This document shows, piece after piece, positions 37,831 through 52,222 of a stretch of DNA of 64,000 nt; within the stretch, counting starts at the first letter, position 1; every line of letters begins with the position of its first letter. Location: positions 30,258,001 through 30,322,000 of the forward strand of contig CM052818.1 in the NCBI GenBank assembly GCA_028534125.1, given 5' to 3'. Under the pieces are notes generated by a model, which had not been told where the DNA came from, made no database searches, and was given only the letters and a program-made list of their open reading frames with translations. Position numbers and translations under genes: made by a program. This DNA comes from Lama glama. Its lineage: Eukaryota.

Positions 37831-39756
37831 TCAGTTTATATCCCTTGGCACTGTACCTGATACAGAGTAAGAACTTAATAATGAGATAGTGAATGAAGTT
37901 AAATTTTAAAAGAAGAAACAATGACTGCCAAGTATTCCAAGATGCCAATGCCAAAATTATCTTTTTATCTATAATAGGTTTTACAATTAAACTTTGCTCT
38001 AAGGTTCACTATCACTAAATTAAAGATATATTATATATATGAACTCTTCCCATCTTTAGCAAAGAGGCTGCATCCTCTCAAACCAGTTTGTATGGGGAAC
38101 CCCCAGTACCATTCTCCAACCTAATTAGATACCTATCAGGCATCCACCTCTGAAAAGCTCCCATTTCTTAACCAATACACAATACACAAATATGCTCTAC
38201 TATGTACTTGTGCACACCTCTCTTTTCCTGTCTTTGGTATATAACTCCCAGATATCCTGAGATATCAGAAGACAGGAAAATGTAGATGATGCCATCTAGC
38301 CCACCTCTTTTTTAAAGTACCATTTTTCATGAATGGACACACAGCACTTTTAAGGATAACAGACAGCAAAATCCAAAATATTAATTCTTTTAAAGCCTAG
38401 CTTTATGTTATATATCCTCTTTTTTGTCTTCTTCTCTAATAAACAAGAAATTACAAAGTTGCACTCAAAAAGAAGTCTATAAATTGATGAGATGCTTCCA
38501 AAGTTTCATCATATCACAACTTCAAATAAAAGCTAAAAACCAACCCTAAACTATTCAATTTGAAATGTAACAAAATGTTTCATAATCAAAGTTAATCTGC
38601 TTCATATTGATACTCTGTATATATACTGAAAGGCACTGTACCAATTAGAACAATTAGATAATTATTTTTACTACAGTAATTTTTGATATATCTAATTTTA
38701 TTTGACACAGTAATAACCTCCATTTAGTAAGTAAGAAGGCAAACTCTGTCAGCCACAGAAGCCAGGGGAACACTGTCTTGTTAGCCATCTGAAAACAGTG
38801 AGGGTTTCTTTCTCAACAATGTGGGGCAAAACATTTATAAACACAATGGACCATGTAAGAATGGATCAATGAATGAATGAATGAATAAAATATATATGTG
38901 TAAGTATGTACACAAAAGCACAGGTGACGATTACACACTGATAAGGAGATGAACAAAAATCAGCATTTGTGAGTACTTACTACGAGTTAGATTCCTTCTA
39001 TAATTCTATAATATGATAGAACCACCCAAGAAGGATGGGTTTTAGTTCCACTTTGTTTTAGACGTAGATTTACTTTAAGAATACATTTTTAAAACCTATG
39101 CCTTCAAATAGAAGATGAGAAGTTTCTCTTTATAGACATTTTCCAGCTGATGAATGCAGAAAGAATGAGTTATAATGTCACTAGGCACAAGTCTGCCAAC
39201 ACAAGAACTATCGATGGATAATCACAAAACCACCTATCAAGTAGTCTTATCATTAAAAAATAAAAACCAACTTTCAATCCAGTCAAGGTTATATATCAAT
39301 TTATAGGAAGAACAGAAGAACATATTAAAAGATACCATGGAGTTGCATTCAACAAAAGTCAAACTGCAGGAAACACTATGTGGCAAATAAATTGCAAGAA
39401 AAAGAAAACCAGATAGACTTGTATATTAAAAGAGACATATAATATGGATATTCTTAAGATCCTGATATAAACAATTAAATTATTTTAAAAAATTAAAAAT
39501 TGTTAAGTTACGAGATACTGACTGGACATTATTTATATACTATATATAAATGGAAACTGACCATTTTGGGCCATTTTTTTGGTTAATATTAAAAGAATTA
39601 TTGGTTATCTCTTAGAATGATAATGGTATTTTGATAATTTTATTTTTAAGGTATTGTTATCTTCTAAAGATACAATACGAAATACTTATAAATGAAGTAA
39701 AAAGATGTCAAGAAACTGCTTCAAAATAGTAATACGACAGTAGGAGAAAATAAACT

Positions 39757-39985
39757 GGGGCTGGCAAAATTTTTCTGTAAAAAGCCTGATAGTAAATATT
39801 AAAATATTTTTAAAAGCTCTATATTAAAAAGCTTAGAGGGCTGTATGATCTCAGTATCAACTAACTCTGTTACTGTAGCAGGAAAGAAGCCAGATAATTA
39901 TCTATCTGAATGAGAGGAATGGGAGTATCTGTGTGCCAACTTATAAAAACAGGCAGTGAAATAGGTTTAGCTGTAGTTTGCCAGT
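39757..39985 (+). mobile_element. MER58A-like DNA transposon fossil
   Basis: ggggctggcaaaatttttctgtaaa..gatagtaaatatt..gtagtttgcca. Confidence 0.65.
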
Positions 39986-40198
39986 CTTAAATCAAGATTG
40001 ACAATGAGCTGATAATTATTAAAGTTGAGTGATAGATAATTAGTTCGTTACACTCTTCTGTTTTGTAAAGTAAGATAAACTTTCTGTAAGCTAAAAAAAA
40101 GCCTAGAATACATTTTCAAGATCACTGATTTATTTCCATCTAAAGTGTCACTGAACACAGATATCAAATAAATCTTACTCCAATTATACAATTCTTTA

Positions 40199-40342
<144 letters not shown>

Positions 40343-41269
40343 CTACTAATACTGCTTCAAGATAAATTATCACACCAACTAATCTCATGGGGAGTCAAAG
40401 CCGCTACAAAGAAATTAAGAAAATATTATTTTCAAGTAATATCTTTAAAAAATCAGTTACAGTTCCTTATGATGATTTCAGACCTACTGTGGCATTTTAT
40501 GGATTTCATGTTTTGAGACATAGATTTTCCCCTACATTTAAAAATCTTTGAAATTGGGATATGTTTTACAACTAGTGCCAACTTACTAATAATGCTATCA
40601 GCCTGACTCCAACCATATATAGTTTGTCACTGCCTGTGCATGCACAAATTTGGTGATAGATATTAATACTTTGGTTGTAGTTACATCTAAATAAGATTAA
40701 GACAGCGTATTCAATAAGGTTAACATTCAAATTCTATGTGATAAGAAGAGAATGTGTCATAGTTTAACTGATTGCTTTTTCTCTTAGTGGTACAATCAAA
40801 GGCATATTTGATGCAATAAAATACTATTTTTCTTACAACCAACTCGTTTTCTTCTAACTCTTCTTCTATGCAATTGACAAAGAACAGCAAATATATTTTG
40901 TACATAATTCATAAAGTCATGCTCATAAACTAATCAAAGTCTCCAAGACCCAACCTCCCATATTTACTTGTTCTATTCTACTCTCTTTTATGCAGGAGAT
41001 CAATAGCTAGAGAAATACTCCAAATAAAAAGGAGAGAGAAAAAAACCATAGTAAATATTGGCCAAATTGCAATTACCGGAGATTAGCTGACACAAGCAAT
41101 AAAATTAACCAGCCAGATAAAACATCCACTGGGTGGACTGACTCATAAGGCTAAGTTTCTTTGTCTATGTACTCAAATTTTTGCTTCTGAATTTATTTTA
41201 ACTATGATAAGGTGAAGTACTTTACTTATTTAATAGTGGTACCCACATATCACACAACATTCACAGCAT

Positions 41270-41500
41270 TATATTTAAGAATTCAGGCTCTGAAGTCAGA
41301 CTGCCTGGGTTCAAATCCTGACTCTACCACTTGCTGCCATTGTCTACGAGACTTCAGGGAAGTTACTTACTTCTTCACACTTAAGGTTTTTCATCTGAAA
41401 AGGACAACAGTAGTAGCCTCAGAGCATAGAGTTGTGGTGAAAATTAAAAAGATATGATACATATGAAGTAAATACAATGATGCTTGGGCAAACAGTATGT
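41270..41500 (+). mobile_element. MIR SINE (weaker MIR-like copies at ~2240, 17075, 48320, 53800, 57080, 61320)
   Basis: ctgcctgggttcaaatcctgactctaccactt..gttgtggtgaaaattaaa. Confidence 0.75.
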
Positions 41501-41997
41501 GTGCAAGAGATGTCTATATATTTAAAGATAATTAGACTCTCAATTTTTAATTTGAGATGATAGGAAAGTAGAGATGAGAAATAACTGCTTTGGTTTTAAA
41601 CAGTCATGTGTGAATCAAGATAAGATATTACAGCTCATATTCTATCATGCAGTCAAACATTAATCACAGTGCAAAAGAGAGTCTATGGATTAACCACTCC
41701 TTCCCTGCCTCGACAATGAGGAAAGGACCAGGTTTCAAAAGCAGGGCTAAAAACAGGGTTAAAATATTGCGAACAATGGTTCCAAAGGAAGACATAAGTA
41801 ATGTACTGGTTTTTAATCTGACTTCTATAGGTAACCAAGCTTGAGCACATCTGGTTATAACTGCATTTTCAGCATAGGTAATAAAGCATTAACAGTAAAT
41901 CTATAAATAACATTTAAAAATCTGTTAAATATCTTCATTAAGATAAATGGATCTGAAATCAGGGCAATCATGTGACTATAATCTGGGATGGCTACTA

Positions 41998-42150
<153 letters not shown>

Positions 42151-42967
42151 CTAATACACTAAACATTTTCCCAAGTATGCTCTTATTAGGAGATACATGA
42201 AAAAGAGGGTTGTGATCAAATAAGCCTGAAAATTGTTACTAAGTGACTTCTTAGTACCTTTACCATCTTAATGTACATATGAGTCTTCCAAAGGGGCATA
42301 GAGACTTCAAAGTTTCTCAAAATTTTAGAGCTGTGAGTCCTTTACGTATCATCTTATGATATTGATGCTTATAACCACTGAAATGTTGTATTAGAGAGAT
42401 AAATTTTATTTAAGAAAAATTTACTTTAAATAAATGTGTGTTAAAATATATGAGAAAAATAAACATGATTTCAGTAACAGTGAGAAAAAACTTTAATTGT
42501 ATTCAAATCTGATGTAATATGTTCATTGTTGGGTGCCTCCTTTCTAGAGTTAGTTTTTATTTAACAAGTGACTGCATCAGGAGAACTGGTATATGAGATT
42601 ACAGCTGTGGCCATTTAGTAACACATTTCTATTTTCTTTGAAACATAAGACAGGTTATTCTTGATCCAAAGTTAGGCTTTAAAAGGACCTAAAAATTCAG
42701 CATAATCAAAACATGTGTGGGATATTTCTTTAAAGTGGTAAGGCTTATATGCAAATGTCAATGGTTTTGAAAATTAATTTCTTAGTCCTTAGAATCTGTG
42801 AAGCCTCATAAGTGGCAAATACAGTAAAGCAAAAGTGGCAATCACCTATAACAACTGTGATTTTCATTTTTTCCAACTCATGAACCTATTTATTTATTTA
42901 TCTTTTTTTTCCTTATTCTTTTTTCCTACATTTTTTTCTTTTTTTAAAGCCCAGTATTTTATCCTTG

Positions 42968-43120
42968 TTTTTTTTTTTTTGTGGGGAGAGGAGGTAATTA
43001 GGTTTATTTATTTATTATTATTATTTTTTAAATGTATTATTATTATTTCAAGGTACTGGGCGTTGAACCCAGGATCTTGTGCATTCTACGTACACACTCT
43101 ACCACTGAGATATACCCTCA
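42968..43120 (-). mobile_element. Vic-1-like SINE
   Basis: gaggtaattaggtttattta..ttgaacccagg..ctctaccactgag. Confidence 0.85.
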
Positions 43121-44269
43121 CTGCTCATGTCCCTATTTAAATCAAAGAAAAATTTCCATGTTACTCTTATATATAATTTGAAATTTCAAAATCAATAAAA
43201 TATGACTCTCTTGATAACTAAGATGAAGTCTTATTATAATAAACACCACACACAACAACTAAGAAATGCTGTCCCCTTATGAGTACCACCTACCTCTTCC
43301 TCCATCCCCAAAATAGATCACTAACAAGATTCAGCCCCTTGGACAGGGTAATTTCTTACTTATTACAGTGCCATTAGTATTTCACACAGGGTCAGATCCA
43401 CAGTAAGTGCTCAATACATACCTGATAATGACACATGAAGAAATTATTAAGAATTTGTTGTAAGTCAAACTATTTGAATGCTTATCTTCTAGTTTTTACA
43501 AGGAAAATAGCTGTTTCCATGTATTTCTGGTTTTTTAATTTAAAAAAAAAAGGAGTAAATTGTAGAAAAGAGTAAAGTAGTATTTGCTTTCTGAATGGGA
43601 GGGATGTTGATAACAATGTCACCTTTGCTTAAAAATTTAAAAGAATAAAGTACAATCTAACAGATCAAGCAGAATTTCCTTCTCCGTGCCTCTTCTCATT
43701 TCCATGCTCCTTTCTTTGACAGAAACCACTATCGTGGATTGAGTGCATATCTTACAAGTACTTGTTTTTCTATTGTTCCTATTTTATTTGCATTGTTTTA
43801 CTTTAAAAATTTACATTGCTTTTGAGATTTATATTGCTAGACAAAGTAGTTTATTCATTTTGACTTCTGTATAATATCCCAGATCATTCTATAATTATTC
43901 AACTATTTCCTATTAAAAGATACATAGGTTGTTTTCAGTTTTTCAATATTTCAAATAATGTTGCAATAAACATTGTTGTACCTGTCCTTCTATGTACATG
44001 TGCCAGTTTCTCTAGAGTATATACTTAAGAAGTAGAATTGATGAGTCATAATTCACCACATATTCTCCATTTATTAGACAACAACAAAATACTTTTTGAG
44101 AGTGCTTATGCCAATTTCACTCCTGATAGCAATGTACGGCAGTTCTCATTGGCAACATATGAACAAAATGTTTTAAGGAGTTTTACTATATCACATGGAG
44201 GAAAATGAAATGACTGATTACAAATAAATTCACATGCTCAACCATTATTCAATTACCTAACATTCTTTG

Positions 44270-45690
44270 GTAACAGTTAGTTGATATACTGAATTATCTG
44301 AATCTCATAAGTCAGTATGTTAGTAGAAAATGCATAGCTATGTCTTATGTAAAAGTACAAGATCACTGGAGAAAGGACAGACATGTAGGTCAATGCAACA
44401 GACGAGAAAGTCCAGAAATAGACTCACACATACATCACTGAGTTGACTTTGACAAAAATGATAAGGCAATTCAATGGAGAAAGAATAGCTTTTCCAGAAA
44501 GTGATGCTGGAATAACAAATGCCCATACACAAAATAACTTCACATGACATACAAAAATTAATCTGAAATACATCACAGACCTAAATATAAAACCTAACAA
44601 TATAAAATTTATTTAAAAAGTTTAAAAAAAATTATAGAAGAAAATATAGACAAAATTCTCTGTGATTCTGGCTTAAGCAGATACTTCTTAGAAAATAAAA
44701 TTCACAAACCTTAAGAGAAAAAAAACTGATAAATCAAACTTCATAAAAATTAAAAGCTCCTGCTTTTCAAAAGACTGATTTGACAATGGAAAGACAAACC
44801 ACAGCTGGGAGAAAATACACACCAAACAACATGTATAATAAAGGTCTTGTAACCAGAATATATAGACAACTCTTACAATGATTTTTTAAGTCATTAAAAA
44901 ATACTCTGCAAAAGCTCAAAACATACATTTTACCAAAGAAGAGACATAAATAGTAAATAAAACACAAGAGAAGATGCTCAACATCACTACCTGTTAGGGA
45001 ACTACAAATTAAAACTACAAGATTTTAATCTTGAAATGGAAAAAAACTACAAGACCAAGTATAAATGGACTTCTCATTTGTTTACAGGTATGAATACAAA
45101 ATGACATAACCATTTTGGAAAAAAGTTTGGTAGTTCTTTATGACATTAACATATATTTACCACATGACCCAGCAAACCCTTCTTCTATGTATACCCTAAG
45201 AAATAAAAACATCAAAGATTTGTACATGAATGTTTACCAGCTTTATTCATAAGAGCTAAAAACTGGAAACAACCTAGATGCCCATCATTAAATGAACAGA
45301 TTAACATCCATCTACTTCCATCCATAAGTAGAATACTACTCAGCAATTAAAAACAAATTACGATACATGTAAGAACAGAGATGAATCTCAAAAACATGCT
45401 AAGTGAAAAAAGTCAGAAACAAGAGGCCATACACTGTATGATTCCATTTATATGACATTCAGTGAAGACAAAACTATAGGGACAGATCAGATCAGTGATT
45501 TCCAGGAGCCAAAGGCCTTAGCGAGGGTACTGACTATAGAGGCACAAGGGAGTTTTTGGGGTGATAAAATATTCAATATATTGATTGTGGTGATGGTTAC
45601 CGAGCTGTTTGTTAAAACTCACTGAACTATAGATCCTTAAAAGGGTACATTTTACTGCATGTAAATTATACATCAATAAATCTGATTTTT
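44270..45690 (+). mobile_element. Old L1 (L1MC/MD/ME-like) ORF2 3' part and 3'UTR
   Basis: gtccagaaatagactcacaca, aagatgctcaacatca, tgtatgattccatttatatga, aaattatacatcaataaa. Confidence 0.85.
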
Positions 45691-46599
45691 TAAAAGTGCA
45701 ATACTCCAACATTTACATGTGAGAAACATTTGTTGTGACTTGGATTATAATACCAGAACTAAAAATTTTATTACAAGAATAAGATTAGAAGAGAATTAGG
45801 AAAATATTTTTTAAAAAACATTTGTTTGAAGGGATCAAAGAGTTTTCAAAACAGTGAAAATTACTAAAGTTTGGAAGGAGAGAGCACTTCACACCCATGA
45901 GGATGGCTGTTTTCAAAAATCACCAAAATATGGAAAAGAGAAAAGCCAACAGAGGTAAGCCTACCATTTGGGGCACTTTCCCCCAAACAATTGCCAATTC
46001 TGAAAGCAACAGTGACCAAGAAACTAAGCAAAGCTTTCAGCAGACTCAGAGCTAAGCTGACAAAAGATGAATTCCAGGGCATGCCCAGGGGAATCAGTGG
46101 CAAAGATTCCAGGATTTCGGTTGGGATCCTGCATCACTGAAGGGTTAAGAACTAGGTTAGCCTGAACAAGGGCTGAAACGCATACTCGAATAACTTTGAT
46201 TTCTTAAGGAAGGGAAACTATAGCCCATAACCTCCAATGGTCACCCTTTTGACTAAATTATGGCAGAAAAATCAAACCTTTCAAAAGTCTTCAATACACA
46301 GAAAACCTTCAAGATACTTTAACAGTTCTGTTTCCCTTACACATTTCCTTCTTACCTATATGGGCCCAAATAACATTCAAACTCTACCAACCAGACTACA
46401 TCAAGAAAAAGAATGGGATGGCAGAAACTTACAATCAGTGATTGTAGTTGTGGTTAAAATTATTAGCCAATAATGTGAACTACATAACCTAGGACAAACA
46501 ATGGCCAAAGAGTCAAAGAGAGTAAACTGCCTATTTTTATACATAAAGCTTTACTGGATCACATCTCTTACATGGTAGTGTTGAATAACTGTGAAAGAA

Positions 46600-47498
46600 C
46601 ACTTAAAATATTCACTAAATGGCTCAACAAAAAAATCAAATCTAAGGAAAAATGGGCAGAGGACTTTAATAGGCATTTTTCCAAGGAAGATTTGCAAATG
46701 GCCAATAATAAGCACATGAAAAGATGTTCAACATCATCATAAGCCATTAGGGAAATGCAAATCAAAACTATGATGTGACACTACTTCACGTTAATTAGGA
46801 TGGCCATTATTAAAAAAAAAAACTTGAAACTAACAAACAGTAGAGAAATTGGAAACCCTTGTGCACTGGCGCTGAGAATGTGAAAATGGCGCAGCTGCTG
46901 TGGAAAACAGTTTGGCAGTCCCTCAAAAAATTAAACATAAGAATTATCATATGATTTGGCAATTCTACTCCTAGGTGGATAGTCAAAAGTATTGAAAGCA
47001 GGGACTCAGAGACCTATATACAATGTTTATAGCAGCATTATTCACAATAGGTGGAAACAATCCAAATGTCCATCAACAGATGAATGGATAAACAACATGT
47101 GGTATATACATAAAATGGAATGTTACTCAGCCTTAAAAAGGAATGAAGTCTGTTATGTGCATGGCTGATAAACCTTGACATGCTAAGTGAAATGTCAGAC
47201 ACAAAAGGACAGATATTGTATGATTTCACTTATATGAGGTACCCAGAATAGGCAAATTTATAGAGACAGAAAGTAGAACAGAGGTTGTCAGGGACTGGAG
47301 GTAGGAGAGAATGGAGAAGGGGAAAATGAGGATTTATTGTTTAATGGATTCAGATTTTCTGTTTGGGATGATGAAAAGCCCTAGAAATGGATGGTGATGA
47401 TGGTTGCCCAATACCAGGAATGCATTTAATGCCACTGAATTGCACACTTTAAATGATTAAAGTGGTAAATTTTGTCATCTATGCTTTACCACAATAAA
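46600..47498 (+). mobile_element. L1MB-like 3' end
   Basis: aaatgggcagagg, gggaaatgcaaatcaaaac, cagatgaatggataaac, ttaccacaataaaa. Confidence 0.88.
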
Positions 47499-49574
47499 AA
47501 ATATTACTGAATGACCCATTACAGGCAGTTTGCTGACCCCTGGTATACAGCAATGAAAATCAACAAATCACTGCCACATGCAACGTCATGGAATAATCTG
47601 ACAAGTATAATGCTGAGGAAAACAAACTATACACAAAAACAACACATACTGTATGATTTCACTTACAAAGCTCAATGTCAGTCAGAGTTCATTTACGGTG
47701 TAAGAAGTTAGGATTTGCAGATACTTTGTGAAGTGTGGGGAAAGACAGTACGCAGAAAGCATGGGGAAGGCAGGCTTCTGCGGTAATACCTTATTTCTTG
47801 ACCTAGTGGTGATTCATACTGCTGTGTTCACTTTGATAATTCATTAAGCAATACACTGTGCATTTTATGTGTATTTTAATAAAAGTGTACTTAAAAACTG
47901 GAAAATATAGAGGAAGATTGAATACACTGAAATGGAAGGAAAGCCCCAATACATTTAAGTGAAAAAGGTTACAGATCAGTTTCTATCTAACATGGCTCTT
48001 CTTCCTCCAATGAAAATTTATGTTTATGTAACTAGACCAAGTCAGGAAACTTATCAGTAATTATCTCCTTAAGGATAAGATTACAGAAGAGTTTCACTTT
48101 CTATATTCGTGCATTATTTTAGTTTGAGTGTGTGTTACTGCACATGCAAAAGAAATACTGATGATATCCATCTTTAAATAGAGATAAGGATAGTGGACTA
48201 ATTTCTGAATTAGCTCCTTCATCTTTTCATTAACATGTTAGTGGTACCCAGATTGCCACAAGAAAGGTCAAAGCAAGAGTAGTTTGGGTAGAGAGAGAGG
48301 ATCCAGTTTGCAGCATATGAGTTAGAAGACAGAGATTTAAGTCCTTGCTCCATCATTTAATAGCTGTATGACTTTAAGAAAGTGAGTAATCTCTCTGAGC
48401 TTCAGGCTCCTCACCTAAAAACAAGGTGTCATTTCTTTTACCTAACTCTTGAGTTGTGGCAAAGATCAAATGAAATGGGTATGTGAAAATACTTTAAATA
48501 ATAAAGAGGTATGTAAAAATTACTTTTATCATACTTAGTAAATTTGTTAATTAACATAAATCCTTCTACTCCAGAACTGTATGTACAGTTGTATTTTTGC
48601 TTGTAAAGCCCACTGCTTTTACTTACCTATTTAGTCCTTCTTAAGCATCAATTTACAAATAATTCCAGGTAATAAATATATCTATTTTCCTACACAATTT
48701 TCTGCAACTTGCAAGTGTCACCATTAGCAGAGTAACAGGTATCTTTAAAAATCTTTTAATGTGTGCTAATCCCCATAAACCGGAGACCCTGAAGCATCGA
48801 CTAACAGGACCCTGATTACTCTGTTAGTTCTCTATTACAGAAAGGACGCTTCCTATTCTGTTTTAATTCAGCAAAAAGGCTATATTTGCTTTCATGTTCA
48901 AATGTCAAGATTTACTTGTGAAGTAAAAATTTATTTTTCCCATTTAATTGGGAAGGTTTTGAATCCCATGTAAAGAAATCATTACAGTTTTGGACATTTT
49001 CTTTAAACCTTAAGAATTTCAATCCATTTATGTTCTTTAAAAGTCTTTTGTACTTAGTATGAGTGGTGGGTATTTTAATTTTCTTCTGTGCATTTTGTGT
49101 ATTCTCCAAACTCTTTACCAAGAGCCAGCATTATGTTCAAACATGAGTACAAAAAATTCATTTTATCTCTTGTAATGAAAAGCTAGGATACTAAGGGAGG
49201 CTAAGAGGAGACTTCCATCCGTTTTTTCTGAACTAAGGGTCACAATTAGCAAAACTATTTTTATATCACTCTTTAGGTAATTCTCCTTCTTCCCCAAATC
49301 TCATTTACACTGCTGCTTTTCCTAAAAAGGGCAATAGAATCTAGGTATCAAGATTTAACAATGTTTTAACATAACCTCTAGAGGCTATAATCTTAAAAGA
49401 ATTGTAAAGTTAATAATAATAGTTTGCATTTTCTGATGACCTACTATGCGTAGGCAGTAAGTATCTTACAAACATTATCTCAGTGTAGAAATAAGTAACT
49501 TGTCTAAGATCCTGTGTAGCCAGAATTCAAATGTCAATTTAGACAAGGGGCACTGCAATTTAAAAAGGATAAAA

Positions 49575-50175
49575 TTAGACCCTTAAAAGCTGAGAAAAGT
49601 AGCCCCTGACATCCAGGAGTTGGCCTAGTACCATCAACTAGGCCTTTAATAGAAGGAACTGACCTGGCATTACAAGTAGGCCTTTCTGTTCTATTGAACA
49701 TAAACTATTTCACAGAACAGAACATCAACATCAAAAAGGCCACTTCGTGATTGTGACAGATCAAGACAAAAACAAGACCACTCCACAATCATGTCTAAAC
49801 ACAGACAAAACATGAACACTGTCCAAGCTATGAATACCAAACATCCCCCTCTTCCAGCTCATGAGTGCTTCTTAACCAATTACAGCTTTATTCTCACTTC
49901 ATTCTTCCCTCTTTCTGGATCAGATTTAAGACACTCAGGCACAGAATTATCCCTAATTCCTAAGAGCATCCAATCCACAGCAAAATCCTGCTTTCTCAAA
50001 TCCTCCTCAAAATCACCTAATACAAGCCCAAATCCTACAATAAGTTATGTCTAGCACCCTCTTCCTGAGATTCACCATGGTTCCTCATAGTACGTGTTCT
50101 CTTGGTTACAATAAGTAATAAATTCCACTTGTTCAGCCATAGGTGTGTGTTTCTAGTGATGGTTCACTGAAAGGT
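49575..50175 (+). mobile_element. ERV solo LTR (ERV1 class, MER34/39-like; family uncertain)
   Basis: LTR-like architecture: caat box, cccaaatcctacaataa TATA-like, gtaataaa polyA signal. Confidence 0.55.
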
Positions 50176-52085
50176 ATTGACAAAATCCACCTAAGAACAA
50201 GAATTAATTCTTTCCATCTCTATTGTAGCATAAAATATCTGCAAAAGAGCAGAAAAGATATGTGATTAAGTGTAACTATGTTATACCTACATAGCTGTCG
50301 AACATTTAATAGTTCCCCCAAATCACTGATTTTGACATTTTTCTTTCCTCATTTACCAGAGTGAACCATTGATGTCAGTGTGCTCAAAGCTGTTTTATTT
50401 TATATGATGTCTAGTGTGAGCAGTTAATAATTCACAAAGCAAGAGAAAAAAAGTCTAGGTCAGCATATTAATACCTTCACCAATATTATATAGATCAAGA
50501 GAGAAAAAAACTAATAGAAAAGGAGAGAATCTATACTTTGCCAGAATTCAAAAATTCAACTACTGTTGGGTGGAGCATAGAGAATAAGATAGTAGAAAAG
50601 AGGCAGGAGAGTTAGGGATGATCCTTCTTCAGTAATTTAATATCCATTTACTGACTATCCTTTAATTGTCATCAGTAAGACTAATAATAATCTTAGGAAT
50701 CTAGTTAGCAGGTGAGTTTTATAGGGTTTAACTATATTCTATATTAGGAAGAATATAAACTGCAATTTAAGAGAAAACAACTAAAAACAGAACAAGGGAC
50801 AAAGTTCCTAACAGTGGTTGTCTTTTCTTCTCTTTAGTGCCAATGCCACTAACGTCACTAAATACTGTTGAAGAGAAATGTGAAATGCTTATTGTGTATT
50901 TACTAAAAGGTAATATTATTCTTTGTGAAAAGTATAATATTATCTGAATGTCCATCCATCAGAATAAATCTTTCCTTGTTCTAATCATGGAAACATTTAC
51001 AGCAGAAATTAAACCCAAGAAAATTCTCTGAAATCAATCCTTTCAAAATGGTGTCTAGCAGTTTTTAGGAGTAAAAGAGAATGTATCAAACCTGATACTT
51101 CTGACCTCTACTCTCTAGCTTCACCTTCTTAAAATAGATATGGATAAGCAAGTACGTTGTATGTTTTAAATACAGTGCAAAGTTGAATTATAAGAAATTA
51201 TAAAATCATATGCTACTTAATTAAAAAAATGTTGTTTTAAATATAAACTGACTACGAATAAATAGAAAAGGATTTTATTTAAACAATTTCTGTTCTTGAA
51301 ACCAGATGTTGGTACCCTTTCATATCCTGAGAAACTGGCTCTCTTTCTCATACAACACACTAGGGCCTCACTGTCTGTCAAGTCCTACATACTTGAGGTA
51401 AGTGAACCACACCTAGAGAACCTGTACCCCTGTATTACTCAGGAGCTCTCAGGCTTGTCTACCTGTAGGAGCCATGCAATGCAAGTTAGGTCATGTTCTA
51501 GTTAATCCAAAGAACCACTATTACATCTCCTCTTCTCCCCCAAGAATTCCAAGGGGTCCTTGGAATTACAAAACAGAGAACCTGCTCAATATAAAAAAAT
51601 AAATAAAAAATTGTGAGTCTGTTCACCTAAACTCTGTTCTTGGTTCTGCAACTGTGAGCTCACGTTTTCAATTCTGGTTTCTCTGTATACACAATGGATA
51701 TCATAGGTTGTCAGTTTTCCAAAGATGTTCAACAATTAAAGAAAATATCTACAAATCAATTAACCCCCTGGAAAAAAATGAAGGCTATATAATGCACATG
51801 ACAGTATATACACATTTATTAATCACATAACAAATGTTATCTTAGCATATCTCACCAGAGAGGAAGTAATTTTTTCTCAAGTTAATGTCTAGAATGCAGA
51901 GCTGTATAAATTAACTGGTATCCAATAAATGTTTACTTTAATGAACAGACTTCACATATCCATCTTACATTAGGTGAATAGAATCTGACATTATTCCTAT
52001 TCAAAATAGCTTGGTTTCAGAAAAATTTAGCCCTGTATGAAAATTCAGTGTCAAAGCTGAGTATGTCATAAAAAGAATAAAATTA

Positions 52086-52222
52086 TTTTTTTGTTTGGTA
52101 GGGGGAGGTAATCAGGTTTATTTATTTATTAATTAATTTATTTAATGGCAGTACTGGGGATTAAATCGAGGACCTTGTGCATGCTAGGCATGTGCTCTAC
52201 CACTGAGCTACACCCTTCTCTC
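52086..52222 (-). mobile_element. Vic-1-like SINE
   Basis: gggggaggtaatcaggtttattt..ctctaccactgagctacaccc. Confidence 0.85.
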